Positions 24,469 to 38,672 of a stretch of 64,000 bases of DNA are shown here, piece after piece. The stretch is from contig CBFFRP010000451.1 of the NCBI GenBank assembly GCA_965644295.1, positions 1-64,000 on the forward strand, written 5' to 3'. How positions within the stretch are numbered: the stretch's first letter is position 1; each line of letters opens with the position of its first letter. The notes beneath the pieces were generated by a model. It made no database searches and was not told where the DNA came from. It saw nothing but the letters and a program-made list of their open reading frames with translations. The position numbers and the translations under genes are program-made. The stretch comes from Paraphysomonas bandaiensis (lineage: Eukaryota; Protista; Chrysophyceae).

Positions 24469-27400
24469 TTAAGTGGCATCGCAGCCACTGCTACACCGCT
24501 GCCTGTAAAACAGAATATAAGCAGCGCTAGTTTTCACAGACTTTTCATCAACAACATGTATTATATCGTCATCGTAGCTGCACCATAGATTCTCTCCCTT
24601 GTTTGACCCTTTCTCACCATCCCAGTCCCTGGCAAAAGCAGTGTAGTGCCCAAATCCCATTCGCCCATAATGATTAATAACCGCATAAAGGTCATAAATA
24701 TATGGATCTCCATCATCAATTTTCTGCTTTCCATTCTTCTTCCTCCTTCGACCAGGACTACAAAAAGGAGACATATCCAACCCATGTATCGGAAAATCAA
24801 CAAATGTATTAATTTTTTCTCTATGCACGCCCATACCACCTCCGTATGAACCACCCATGCCATACATCGACATCATACTGTTCGTCGTTTCAAACCGCTT
24901 TAGTCCGATTATGAGTACTTTGGGAAGCCGCCAGAAATTGAGAGTTTTGAACGCTTGTCTATGTGTCTTGCAATTGCTGCAATACCAGCTGTTGGCCTCG
25001 TCAAGAATCTCTTCGGAAGTAAACATATGCAGACATTCCTCCAAGGTGATGACTCCATCCGCCACAGCACGTTTCAGAACCAACTGTTTCGTATCCTGCC
25101 CGCTACTTTCGTCATCCGATGTAGACTCCTGGAGAGGAGGCTCGGGTTGCACGAGAATACCTTCTTTGGTTAAACTCATGTAAGAAAATACCTGACCATT
25201 AATACAATAAAAACATATTGATATATCATAACATTTCATATTCATGAGAATAGTACCTCGTCTTCGTTAAGAAAGTCACACCAGCCCTCCACCCAATCCA
25301 CACAAAGAAACTTGATTTCATTATTGTCAGATCCCATGAAGTCCGCTATATATTTGCACATATTCAGTTATCGCCACGAAATAACACTGAAATGACAGAT
25401 GATAGATGGCGGTCACTCACCGACGGACACTGAGTGGTCTGATGGCATCAGGCTCCTGTCCTCCTCATCCCTTTCATCTGCAGATAAGGAGGCTACATTC
25501 AGTCCGTTGTTGGACACCCACTCATCTTCCTCGCTGTGTTTTGTGGGGGATGGAACACTACTGCTTTCAGCACGGGCACGCCAGCACCCAGGGAGAGGGT
25601 TTCCAACTCTGTAAATCAAAATTAAGTACCTATGCTGCAAACGAAAAAATTCAATACCTGTCAACAAGGCGTATTCTCAATCTATTCGCCATTCGCATTT
25701 GCTTCTGCATATCTTCAGTGTCACCATCGGAACTGGCCAGTCCAAATACACCTTTGTCAATGAGAGCTCGGCATACCTGTACGTATTGAGTACCTAGTTT
25801 CACAAACAAGTAAACAAAACCTGTTTCCAAATAGAAAACCGTAGTCGCATGCATGACCACTTGATATCATACGACAGAAGTATTGGGTGGCCAAGTATAC
25901 GAAAGCCAACTTCTTTCATAGACACGCTGTTTCCAGGTCCGTCGACGGGTCCCTTATATATCTTACGCTGCGGCAAACACATAAACACACAATCTGAAGA
26001 TTTTAACCTTCAAACCTGCAACAAAATGGCATTGTATGAGGTAGAAGCTGACTCGGGGAGCCAGTACGCCACCAAGTTGACTGGTTCGTCGACACCATCA
26101 CTAATAGCTTCAGAGGTGAAGCCGTCGTAATTACGGCGAGTTGCCTTGGCTGATCCAAGAACTTTGGAAAGCCGACAATTCATATCTAAAATTCTGTTGA
26201 CGGTCCACCCTACTGGCGGGTCTAGCGTATATACATCATTAGCATAAGAAAAACTAAGAAAAAGGGTACAGACTTTGCGCCTAGTGCTAGTTGGCAAATG
26301 AATAAGTTAGACCACGCATAATCTTACCTGTCGTAATGTCGTCTGCAATGCCGCCCCTACCTTGTGCTCTCAACCTCTCCGTCATGACCGCACCTGCTGC
26401 TGCTTGATCCACAGGCGCTCCTTCAAGTTCCATAAGCACGAGATCACCTTCCATTTTTGGCATAGATCTAGGCCTCACACGGCCACCCTTTCCACACTTT
26501 ACTTTGGCACATTTCATCAAAGCCTCGTATAAATTTTCTCGGAGAGTATTAACGGTGGATCGGACATCCTCTTCCAATACTACCTCCACAGGCGTACTCA
26601 GTTGTTGACATAGAGTTGAAATAGAGATATAATCGTCGTCTTTCTTTGATGCAACAGTAGAAAACTACAACGCATTGTCAGAAAAATATTATACACAAGG
26701 ACATGCAGTATACACCTCAGGGACAAACATTATAGGAATGGACACAGTCTTGGCTAGATATGAAGAGTCTTGGATATTATATGAATACATTCCTGTAGAG
26801 TTACTTCGACTGCGACTGCGGCTACGATTTCTATTCGGAATTGCGAGCTGCACAGTGGACGTATATTCAAACCCTACAACTTTCTTTTTACACGTTCCAT
26901 ATGGACACACAATCTGTGACCGGAGTTGTCCGCCGACTATATCTTGCACAATACTGTCATGTCTCATGTGGTGCTTCTTCCATGATTCCTCGCCAATTTC
27001 TTCATCGTTCTCTCCATTACCCTCACTGTTTTCAACATAAGGCTTTTTCACAATTTTATTCAAATCTTCATGTAGGCGATCCAGAAGAAATACTAATACA
27101 TCATGAGCATCCTGCTGCTGGAGACTGGAGTAATCAACATTGACTTTTCCTATTAGGCGCCTCAGTGCCACCGGTTGGATCATTGGCGACGGAAATGACC
27201 GCAACCACATGTCTTTTAAAAGTGATGAAAATTCCCGCACCAGCGCCCCGCCTGTGCCGTCCCTACTCGTCTTATTGATGTCGTTCTCGTAGCGACACGA
27301 CAGGAGGTGCCTTGTCAGAGGAAAAGTGTGTGATAAACATTGCACTGATGAGTTCAAGTAACAACTATTTCCTAAATTTGCCAGCCCGGCAATTCCACGG

Positions 27401-29395
27401 CACGTCCGGCGCTTAGTAGATTTGATCAGCAAATTTTGACTATTATGTTGCTTGGACTGGAAAGGAAACCGCGACATATAACTCCTGGATGGAGGCTCAG
27501 CAGGATTTTCCTCTAATTTCGCACCACCTGCCTTGCACATTGCCTTATGATACGGCCAGTCGCAGGTTTGGCACATAGAGCTACAGTAATATACCGCCTT
27601 ACACCTTGAACACCTCATGTGCCCGAGCAGTGCACACACATTACAATAATGGTCCTCTGAATCTGACGTAGTTGAGGCTGCAGAAACACTATTGGCACCA
27701 CAGTTACTCTTACAAGACGATACATGGGCTGGCTTTTGGGAATTCGCCGTCTGGTTGTCTTTCTCAGTACCATGACCCAATATCAACTCAAAGTCATGAC
27801 CAGGTATATTTATGTCCGAACTACTCGATATATTTCTTACGTGGGTTACAGGCAACTCTGGACCTCCGCCGTACCAATGGTGCAAAGCAACCCATACCTC
27901 GCTGGGAATCACAACAAAATCTCTTTTTTCGTGGAGAGCGAGAGTGGCAGGTCGAAGTCTAAGAGTATGAGTAGACATGCTAACGCTCTGCGATTGAGTG
28001 GCTGCATTCTCTCCGTCAACCTCAGCCCCCACCCGGGTTCCATTATACGAATTACCTTCCCAAGAGTCACTCGCAGCCCCAACATCTACCGACAGCTCTA
28101 CGCAGCTGGACGCAGCGAAGCCGCATATCCCAGGAATCAACTTTGGATCTGCAGGGGCAGTTGCCGGGGACAGTAATATGGCATTATCGATAGGCCCGGG
28201 TGGAGGAAGGCTTGGTGTATTAGCCGCTGAAGCGTAGGCAGTGCGTTTACGAGAAGGTGAGTCCGGCGCGCTATTGGTTCCTCGTGATGATGGAGACAGA
28301 GTACTACTGTGCGCGTGAATTGAAGATGTCACATAGGTCACCCACTTCTCCCACCAAGAACTGGGCAGCAAGAAGCAGTTCTTAAAAGATACGCCATCGT
28401 ACTGACGTAACAGTAGAACAACATCTTTCAATTGTTTATGAGGAGGAGGAACAGATACCCGGGGTGACATAACGGAAGCTGCAGAATTGTCATTCGAACT
28501 AGAATTTGTGTCAACATTAGTGTCAAGGGGCGTAACGGCTTGAGAAGAGGCATATACATGCCTAGTTCTTGCAGCTGGCACAACAGGTACATCACTCTCT
28601 GGAACTGTTTCATCTGGGGAGTTCGTATAATACACATGGTCATTGACTGTTGCTATTGCCATATTAACGGCCGGGTGCAGTCGTGGGGCCGCCCCAGGAT
28701 CATCCGATACAGTATCAGCCCTCGAACGAGTTGTACAACCCTCCTTGGAGGCTCGTTTCTCACGAGCACGTCGTCCGAAATTCACCGATGCTACATGTTT
28801 GCTTAAAGGGACAACACCAGATCCTTGAGTACCTAAAATATCCCCAGATTCATACTCTATCTTCTCTGTATCTCCAATAATAGCTGTTAATCTTGCAACA
28901 CCTGCTTTACCTTCAGCTGAACTCGGATCAACTATCAACATATTCTTATATGCTACAAGACTACTCTTATAATCCCCTCTCTGTTCATAGGACTTTCCAA
29001 TGATGTAAAGAGGCTTTGGATTGGTTTGATTGAGATCATATGCTTCAGCTGAATCACGTATAGAGTCTTCATATCTATTCAGCTTCATACTACAGAGAGC
29101 TCGATTGATTAAACATGACGAGAGTTCCTTGTCGTCATTGGCACAGAGATCGATTGCTTTTGTATAGATATGAATGCAATCTTCAAATTTCTTTTTTCGG
29201 AACAATTCTTTTCCCTGTTACACATATGTATACATCACCATCCATCCATATATATATACACACTGTCAGCTCTATGCATGTATGTGTATATATGTGTATG
29301 TATGCATGTGTGTGTATGTATGTATGTGTACATATAGATATAATCACACTCACCTCAGAACGAAGTTTGTTATAACTCTTCGAATAATCTTCCAT
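24469..29395 (-). CDS. Ubiquitin-specific protease with TPR-DUSP-MYND-UCH architecture (multi-exon)
   Basis: N-terminal TPR helices. DUSP LLPSSWWEKW...PGPIDN...WVALHHWYGGGP. MYND CNVC...CSRCKAVYYCSSMCQTCDWPYHKAMC. Cys box GLANLGNSCYLNSSVQCL, QQDAHD, and His box YDLYAVINHYG...GHYTA. Confidence 0.9.
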
Positions 29396-30104
29396 TGAAG
29401 TCCACAAAAAAACAAAACAATAATAACAAAGTTGATGAAGTTTTTTATTACTTCAAAAGAAGTTTAAATCAGTCAATTTTACGTATATTTAAGTATGAAT
29501 TTTGGATATCTATGTATATAATTTAGATATAAACTGATAGTTTAGAGGGAAATGAAATGTCCTGAATAAAAGATATATTGTCACTATGCAATGATATAGC
29601 AAAGTGGGTAAAGGACGTTAAGAAGTTATGAGTATATTTGCAATTGATTTAAAGTATATTCACCTCCTCACTGTTGACACAACTAGATATCCCCAATATG
29701 GGATATTAGGGTTCTGGATATGAAGTAGTTTCCCACCCAAATCCCCTAAAATCCAAGAAAATATCGTCAATTTTCTGGATTCTCTGTAAAATATAGGTTT
29801 TCAATAGTTCTAGAAATGACGATTTTCATGTACATCTGTACCTCAAGACACATGACCCGTACAATGCTAGGGTGTACCGACCGTATACTGCTGTAGTGTA
29901 CGTAATACATAGATGTATGTAGATATACGTTAAAATGCATACAGCAGTATGTGCACAGGCGTATGTGTATGTACAGCAGCAGTATACTCGTATATCATTC
30001 CAGTTAACTATACATACACATCCAGTACCTCTCCATACATACATACATATATATATCCACTCGAATGTCCACTCCTCTCCTCACATCATCACACTAAGGT
30101 GTCT

Positions 30105-33036
30105 ATGGAGGCTATCAGCAGATCCACTGTATTAGAGTCCATCCATCAAGGTCCCTCTATACATACATACACCTACATACCCACTTATAACACTCTTTCA
30201 TGTAGAAACTATCAATGGACTCAATGAACTCAAGCAGTCAATCGCCTCTGATACATGTCCTCCTCTACCTGACCCCTGGGAGGAGTACTTCAGTGATACA
30301 CAGGGCATACCCTATTACTATAACCCCTTAACAGGAGAGAGCTCATGGGAGCGTCCAGTAATACATGTGAACAGTACATCCACACCACCAGATACTGTAG
30401 ATGAAGGTAGTTATCATAGTGATAATGATGATGACAAATCCCTGGATGTATCACAAATAACAGCTTCAACATCATCCTCACGACGTGTGGAAGACTCATT
30501 ACTTCAGCGAGGAGAGGAGTATGCCCTTCGTCGGGAGGATCTAAGACGGAAGCACGAGGAGATGTTAAGCGCGGAGAACACCGGCCGGCCGCAATTAAGC
30601 CGATATACAGAGAAACTCTACTCCCAGCGTGGGGAGGTCACCGAGACTATCGCAGAGAGAAGTAAACGGCAGCTAGAAGCTCGTAAGGCCAGAGAGGAGT
30701 CATTGCGACGAGAAATGGAGGAACGAGAAGCCAGGGAGGTATGTGTTTCAGTACTTTCTCTGACTTTCATGATGGCAGTTTATCAGCTTCGGCCCACCCC
30801 AGCCATAACCAAAAAATCTCAGCGTCTACATCAGGAGCAGCAGCGTGGGGTGGCAGCTATGCTGTCTTGGGAAGAGAGTCGCAGAGAGAGGTAAGTATGA
30901 ACTGTCTGAATATGAAATAGAAGTCTTAGACAAAGTGTAATGTAGAATGCAAGCGCGTCAACAAGAGGCAGAGGCAGCTAGGCAAGCCGAACTCACTCTT
31001 AAACCAACTGTTTCGAAAAACAGTGATAAGATTCTCAAGAGTAGTGGTCGTCGGGATCCTGAAGATGGAATGACGGTGGAGGAACGGCTCTTGGAGTATG
31101 AAGAACGGAAGCGTCTTAAACATATTCAAGCCGTACAAAGACTAAACATGGAGGCCAGACAGCAGGCCGCCGGATCTGCAGCAACGGTGATGATGCCATT
31201 TCTGTCCTGATACCCATGTAATTGGAATGATGCAGAGTGGATCGGGAGCAGTACGCCGTAGGCCATCACAAGGTGATGTGAGTGACAGACTGTATCGTCA
31301 AGCATCCCAACAGAGGGAGCAGCGTGAAATGCAAGAATATCTAGCGGGGCAACGGCAGGAGTCGTTTAAGGTCTTCTGGTACGCTAATTTTCAGTGTTGT
31401 AAACATCTTTTCTTTGCAGCCGCGTATCAACAAGACCTCTGCAAAGCTTGCGCAAAGATCACGCCCACAGAACGTACCAGTAGAGGAGCTTTTGTCTTAT
31501 CGTGGCCAACTATACAGTGACAAGGCACAGCGCCGACAACAGATGGTGGAACAAGAAAAAGCGGCACGGTTAAAGCCGAAAATGAATCCCAATAGCGTCA
31601 AGATCCTACAACAAACTGGGGGACTGGAGGCTGATCGCCTTACCCAACCAATTGGGGCAGTTAAACAGAAGACACTTCAAACGATTGAGCAACCGTCATT
31701 CCAACCTACTATATCTCGAAAAAGCCGGCAAATATATGCTTCATCTGCTCCTGGAAGTCATTTCGAATACGACTCTGGTGAGGATTATGGGAGCAGCGGA
31801 GTTTTGAACGAAGACTCTGGTTCTACTGGTTCTACTGGCCCTACTGGTCCTACTGGGGTGTACATGAGGTCGCAAAAGTGGCTACAAGATAAAGAGAAAC
31901 GAATGGCACGCGAGAAGGCTCAAAGAGAACAAGAGGAACTTAGTCAATGTTCATTTAGACCAACCATCCGTGACACGAGGCCTCGGGATATGGAGTCTGG
32001 CGACAGTCGGTCCTCGTACGGACAGGGTATGACATTGGCAGAGAGACAAGCTGCCTGGCAGAGGAAACGGTTTGTTTTTTCGTGTCTGACGCAGTATTTC
32101 TTTGTGCTTATATTTCTGCTGTAGAGATATGAAGATGGCTATGGAGAGACGGGAAAAAGAGGTCGCTGAACTAGCAGAATGTTCTTTCGCGCCTGCTATC
32201 GGGGGCAAAGTTAACAACAATGAGAGTGTAAACAGACACGGAGATTTATCCAGGTGGGTTATATATTGAGTCTGTTCATTAGACGAAACTAATTCTGGGT
32301 TCGTAGTAATAGAAAAAACACACGCGAAGGGGACAGCCCGTTTAGGAAAGCAGTTCCAGCCATTGGCCCTCGCAGGGACCGGCCCCCGCCTCCACCATCT
32401 CCGCCATCCTCTCCACCACCTGATGGCCAATATATGTACTACGAAGATTATGGAGGTCATGAAGAATACGCTAATCACAATGGATACGCGGGCTATGGCG
32501 ATTATGATTGGGGTGGGGTAGACTACCGGAATCACAGAGAGGAAGATCACGCAAATGATCAGGATGACGACGAGTACTTCAACAGATATCATCATCGTGC
32601 GGCATATGGAGCTGAAACGTTGGATGCATATGGAACTCCCTACCGTGATCAGCAATTCATGTCAAATGATGACTTCCCTATGCCCCCACCATCACAGTAC
32701 GACCCTCCACCTCCACCCCCTGATGATATCGATGATGATGACGCACATGGCTACCCTCCACCACCACCACCACCACCTCAAGCTGGTTCAGAGAACTTAA
32801 GGAGTTATTTTTCTAGTACTGCCCTAGCCTCTTCATCATTGCTTGATAGAAATGATGCGCTGGATTCGTGTTCGCTTAGTGCTGCTGACGATGAATACTC
32901 TGCTGCTTATGAGTTTGATGAGAATGGTGTACCGAGATTAAATGACGAGATTTCTCGTCAAAGCTGTACTAATGCTCAGCAGTCTACCTCCCGGAGTGGA
33001 AATAATAGTTATAGGAGCAACGTAGATTTATTATAA
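30105..33036 (+). CDS. WW-domain protein with charged coiled coils, repeated (C/P)SFxP-like motifs and a proline-rich C-terminus (multi-exon)
   Basis: LPDPWEEYFSDTQGIPYYYNPLTGESSWERP at ~30265-30357. Motifs PSFQPTI, QCSFRPTI, ECSFAPAI. The ORF pieces are linked by short GT-AG introns. Confidence 0.72.
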
Positions 33037-33476
33037 CATGTAATATAATATATATATTCTAAAAGTGTAAATTTGAACGGTTGAAGGCAGGGTCAGGTCC
33101 TGGTAACCATAACTAGTAACGGTATTGTAATTGCGGGGACATTTTTTATTAATGGTCGTTATAGTTGTAGTTGATATATTGTACTAATTTTGGGTGTAGT
33201 GGATATGGTGAATTATGTAAGGGCCAGGATGAAGTAGTATAGGTGGTAGCATGAGATACGAGGTAGAAGATGGTTATGATCAGGGGTCAGGGGATACAAG
33301 TATTAGGCCACTAATTATAGTGAAACAAAACGACAAAAGACATTTTTGCCCAAAACTGTCTTCTGAGCATGAAAGGCAGAAATTATAGGAGGACTAAAGA
33401 CAGAAATCGGTCGAAAGACAAAATGTCTTTTTGGCAGACAGAAAGACATAAATATGAGAAATCCAGAGTGGAAGAC

Positions 33477-33727
33477 ATTTTTACACAATAGAGCTTCATT
33501 AATAGTTATACACCTGATAAGCAGCACCAGGCGCAATGATTTATAGCCTCAAGTATTGCTTTGGCAGGCATGGAGACCCATGGTGTCAAGACCACGACGA
33601 TATTTTTACACAATAGAGCTTCATTAATAGTTATACACCTGATAAGCAGCACCAGGCGCAATGATTTATAGCCTCAAGTATTGCTTTGGCAGGCATGGAG
33701 ACCCATGGTGTCAAGACCACGACGATA
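33477..33727. repeat. Tandem duplication of 125 bp inside the TIR element
   Basis: ATTTTTACACAATAGAGC...ACCACGACGATA at 33477 and 33602. Confidence 0.92.
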
Positions 33728-33878
33728 ACAGAGCTTGGAGAAAATTTTCTGTGATACTTCTTACCACACGCCGCACTCCTGGTCAACAATGAAAGCACTG
33801 ACATATACATTAGTGAAACCGTATCCCTGACCGAGTATATTCCGGCAGGAACCATTACTATTGATCAGACTGTGAAAC

Positions 33879-33909
<31 letters not shown>

Positions 33910-34544
33910 CATACATACATACATACATACATACATACATACATACATACATTAATAAACACTTAGGAATCAACTCTGAAACTATTTTGAAAAAATAAAC
34001 AACACTGAAAATAAATAAGGAAGTCAGTCATTAGTTCACTCCAGATTTCGTTACCCTTTAGAATAAGGTATATATATTCAATTGTAATATTTGTTGATTC
34101 AGGACGAAACAATACCGTCAGGCGTGCAGATGAGCGAGTTGCTCGTCAAGACGGGAGCTCTCCTGGAATCGTACAGAAGCTGAAAGCATGAAGAAGAGAG
34201 CTGGCACAACTCTCGAAGGCGAGAACAATGACATTGACAGCAACGCCAACATTGGTAATTATCTTGGTCCGATTGATTTCTGTTATCCATGCGAGTTCTA
34301 TTTGTTTTATACAGATATATGTTGTTACTATATTCAATATTATACACGTTAGTTATAATGAAGTGTTTGTCGTGTCAGTTTTAAATTCACAACTTTGTTT
34401 ATTACAATTGACTAATAATTATCACATGATCTAACTGCAAGATGCATTTAGTCACAGATATATTGAATGGGATCTAACTACACAAACAACTGAAATGTAG
34501 TGTGTGTTGTGCATATAACATATTGGCAACATATTTTAATAAAC

Positions 34545-34985
34545 TAAATATACACATTCAACTTCAATATTGGGCTAACAGAAACTCACTTCTATCTTAA
34601 TTATCAATTATGATATTGACAGTCATATGTATGTGATTTCATTATAGTACAAAATTATAGAGAAACCACAATGATGAGTCAACTATCCAAGTCATCGTCC
34701 ATCTTTCGTCTGATGTGGAAGATCATAATGATGTCAGTCTATCTTCATAACCTGGACTTCGAAACAAGTTCAAGAATATTACAGGAGAGTTTAAGTGCCA
34801 CATCTGATGCTGTATAGGCAGTTAAGGGCAGTAGCACCCAGCTTTTTCAGGGTGTCCGTCACGTCGTGCTTATCAGGATTGTGTCCTTCATCTCGTACAC
34901 ACATCATTTAAATCAGGTGCACTCGCAGAGGTTGAGTGTGTTTATATAAACGTGATGATGATGCCAATCAAGACAATAAGAAGCA
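34545..34985 (+). repeat. Truncated copy of repeat family A nested in the Harbinger-like element
   Basis: CATTCAACTTCAATATT...CAGGAGAGTTTAAGT..CA..TCTGATGCTGTATAGG...GTGATGATGATGC matches 58290-58750. Confidence 0.8.
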
Positions 34986-35797
34986 TCGTGCTTGAATCAT
35001 CTGAATTGCTTGCCTGATGCAGTGTGGCATGGTATATCATGCAATACCAAACGTCATACTTTCACAAGTTGTGGGGTCTCTTATTCTTGCCATCCTCAGC
35101 AGGAGTCCCCATGGCGTGTTATCGTAGCCAATCCGTTCGTAGACATTTCTGCTTGCAAAGATACGATCCTAACTGGACGCTGGAGATTGCTTCATGAGCT
35201 GTTTGATCAAGGATGTCCTGCACAGACAACTTTCGGGACAATGCACTCACACATGAAATATCATGCTATCAACTTTACACAGTCACTTGTGTGGCTTGTG
35301 TCGATGCTTAATGCTTTGCTTCGCAGTATATTCAGTGAGATCCAGCGAGCAGAGCGAGAATGAGCAAAAAATCAAAATTCTAAAAAAAGTCGCTGTTTTT
35401 GTCTTTTGTCTTTCTGTGTGCACTATAACTTCAGCTCTATTTGCACCCGACAAAAACAATTTTGATGAAAAAAAATGTCTTTTGTCGTTTTTGTCTTTTG
35501 TCTCACTATAATTAGTGACCTTGCATACGCCTTATTGTTTTCGGCAATATATTGAAGCAAATATACTCTATATTACTGCAATACAACTACGGCTGGTATA
35601 TAGATAATTATTGACTCAATATTAGAGGCATCTTTGAACAAAAATATACAAAGAATGCCGGTCCACGTAGGAATTCCCGGATGGATTTTTTGAATCGAGC
35701 AGAAGAAGGAAGTGGAAGCCTGTGTGTGTGTGTGTCTCATTATCAGCCGGAGGGCTGGCTGCTCAATCCCGACAATCTTTAGCTCCATAGAAAGTTA

Positions 35798-37521
35798 ATG
35801 ATGAACAATCCGAAGAACGAACTCGATGCTGTCGAGAAAGAGATTAATGAAACCAAAGCCCGTCTCAGGAAAGCTGAAGCTCGTCTCAGCGGAGCTAAAG
35901 CAGAAGGTGATATCAAACGACGAGATAGACTGCAAGAATACATTTTCGAACTCCAGAAGAAAGAAAACAGACTGGCAGTACAGCTGGATAAGAAGAAGGC
36001 TCTGCCTGGAAGTAAATAATGAGCATACTTGTATTCTGTGTGATTCATTTGTGTTTCTAAGTTACGTTAGGAGGAAAGCTGAAGGATGGCATTCCAGAAC
36101 TTCAAAATAGAACGACTTCTCCGCCTTATGTTCCCAGTGAGAAGGAACACGCTTCATGCAGTCGTGTTGAGATGGAATTACCCTTCTTTCCCTCTGTTCC
36201 TGAAAAAGTTTTAAATGCTGCTAATACTATTTGGAGAAATGCTCGCACGAGACCGGATGGCCATGGAAAGTTCTTGTACTATAGCTCAGAAGATGATGTT
36301 GCTTACTTCGTCAGAAGATTCTTAGAAGATATATTGTTGACGCTTAATCTTCCGTTAGATTTCAATACGGAAGTGACAATAAAGCAAATTCGACCAGATA
36401 TTTGTGTACTGGTAATGGATATGTACTTGGTAGGTGTGGTAGAAGTCAAGAAGCCTGGATGTAATGTGCTTCTTCAGCCTACTGTTCTGGGTGAATTATT
36501 GGATCAAATGTTGTTGGTGGAAGGTTTTTATGGTATGGGACCAGTGATTGGCATCCTAACCACTGCCGAGGAGTGGCTAGTTTCATGGTTTCCTGCTGAC
36601 TCTGGTGCATTGGCGCATGTTGATCCACCAGAAGCATCCTTCACCACCCCAATGAAACATAAGTCCAGTTCTATATCAATTGAAACAAAGGGTAACAGTC
36701 CACCTGGTGGAACGCCTTCCCAGCAGCGCGGTGCAATTCACTGTATCGATGAAATGATGGATATTTCTTTTGAAATAGATGATGGAGTAACTCAGGAAGT
36801 GGAGCGTTTGCTGTACGTGACCCGAGTCATGAACATCTATGCAGACCCCATTTGTGTGCTCCAGCATTTGTGTGGTGCATTTCAGTTGATGTCTAAAGCG
36901 CATTTGCATCACACTGCAAATCTTCCGAGATGCCTGTTGAAATTCCATAAAGGAATACACACAGTAACGTTCCATCCCGTGTCTTATGAAGATGTTCATT
37001 CAAAGGTAGATTATGACAAATATCCGAACAAGAATGTCAAGACGTTGGTGGCTTTGGAGGACCTAGGACGCGGATCAACGGGAAAAGGTTGGCTGTGTGT
37101 AACTGTCACGCAGCCACGTTCTGCGTCATGCGTTCTTAAGTTCGACAACAAGTATAGCCGGAGTGAAAAGTTAGTAAGGGAGAGAGAGATGTGGCACTTG
37201 CTCTATCCAGAGTTCTCCTCTATGGTCAGGCTAGAACACTGGTCTGGATCTGATGCGTTGGTCATGCCATACTTCTCCACGGTACTGGATTCAGAGCGTG
37301 AGCAGTACAGAGATGAATTACTGGAAGTATTGGTATCCAATTTCCGGGAGAAAGGCAAAGTGCACCGAGATGTGCGATGGCGCAATATTGGAAAATATAG
37401 AAACAGGAGTGGAGCTATTGCATTGGTTATTTATGATTTGCATGACGTAGTGGATTATGATGAGGACGTTCATCGTGATTGGATTGAAAAAGCCGTACAA
37501 TCTCTGTATTCACACGTGTAA
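35798..37521 (+). CDS. Crinkler-like protein: coiled-coil header, PD-(D/E)xK restriction-endonuclease-like domain, divergent kinase domain
   Basis: Exon 1 coiled coil splices across a 50-nt intron (36012-36061) in frame to the 449-aa ORF. REase-like RPDICVL...VVEVKKPG...GELLDQM. Kinase-like LGRGSTG, VLKF, VHRDVRWRNI, YDL. Confidence 0.75.
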
Positions 37522-38431
37522 ATACAATGCTTGATAATCAATATTATATTTCCACCATTTTTCAAATCTTCAAGTGTTACCGTCGTTGTGTTTTCCTTTG
37601 CTAACACGTCTGTCCACCTTCTTCCTGCTTCAATTCACTCTAATATCAATATAGTTTAAAAGTGGTAGTTTATCGAGCCCAACAAATTATATTATGAGAA
37701 TAAAGGATTTTTCCAACTACTAATTTTACTGCAATTTCATCAATATATTTATTTGGAATGTTGGAATACGTATGGTTCTCTAAGATAGTGCTGGATAATC
37801 AGATAGATTTGGATGATCTGTAACTGACACAGGGGACATTGCTCTTCTGTTATGTTCGGGTATTCTGTAAAATGCTAACTGGTGAAGCAGCTCGTTGTCT
37901 ATTCACTCGTCGGGCATTTCTCTGCTTGCGATTTGGTTGTCTGCGTGGTGGTTAATCAGTTATTCTAAAACTAATGTAATCTTCATAATTATTCCATTCA
38001 TCATCTGAGGTAGTGTTAATTTCATCTCCGTATAAATAAAACATTGTACTCTTTCTATTATTACAAGTATTTTATTTCTTTATACTCAAACATAAATTAA
38101 AATTATCCGAGTAAAGTTCAATTTTTAACTCCTTCTGCTGGCTTTCTGTATTTGTGTACACTGTTGTCCCAGTTTCCGAGGCTTCATAAATCGATGATGT
38201 TGAGCCATCAATAGATAGTAATTCTAAACTATCATTCTGCTGTGTTTTCTTCGTTTATATGAAAGTCGATCTTGTAGCCGCTTTGCTTGCTTTCGCTGAT
38301 CTTCCCGCGTTTTTATTTTCCAAGTTTCTTTTAATGTACACAAGATTATTTATTCAGTGCATATTTCTCGCGTCTTGTTTTATTAATTCTATTTTTATGT
38401 TTTTTCCAATAATCTTTTTGGTATTCCATAT

Positions 38432-38672
38432 ATTAAAAGTCTTTTTATTTAGCGATAGTCATTAAGAACCTGCACCAATGTAGTGGCAAGTTGAATGCTA
38501 GACATACTAGTTAGACCTCTACCCGTAGTAACTAATCAATACAAATTCTATTATCCTACTATTTAACGCTACGGACGCTGCTTGTGCGTCGCCGCAAGCA
38601 CCAAGGTGCGACCACTTCCGTTCTTAGTGTGTGTTAGGCTCGCCATGCTCGTGTGTCCTAACCCTAACCCTC
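38432..38672 (+). repeat. Second copy of repeat family C, ending in a short CCTAACCCTAACCCT tract
   Basis: Aligns with 21775-21963. About 2.5 telomere-like units lie at 38657-38671. Confidence 0.8.

Larger units (their letters stand above)
33306..35520 (-). mobile_element. Degenerate PIF/Harbinger-like TIR element (~2.2 kb)
   Basis: TIRs GGCCACTAATTATAGTGAAACAAAA / GGTCACTAATTATAGTGAGACAAAA with subterminal GACAAAA repeats. Flanks are TTA and TTG. A minus-strand peptide YDNTPWGLLLRMARIRDPTT (~35065-35130) resembles Harbinger transposase N-termini (recalled, not searched). Confidence 0.62.

Noticed and set aside
38657-38671. Telomere or telomerase RNA template
   Set aside because: Only ~2.5 CCCTAA units inside a dispersed repeat, with no other support.
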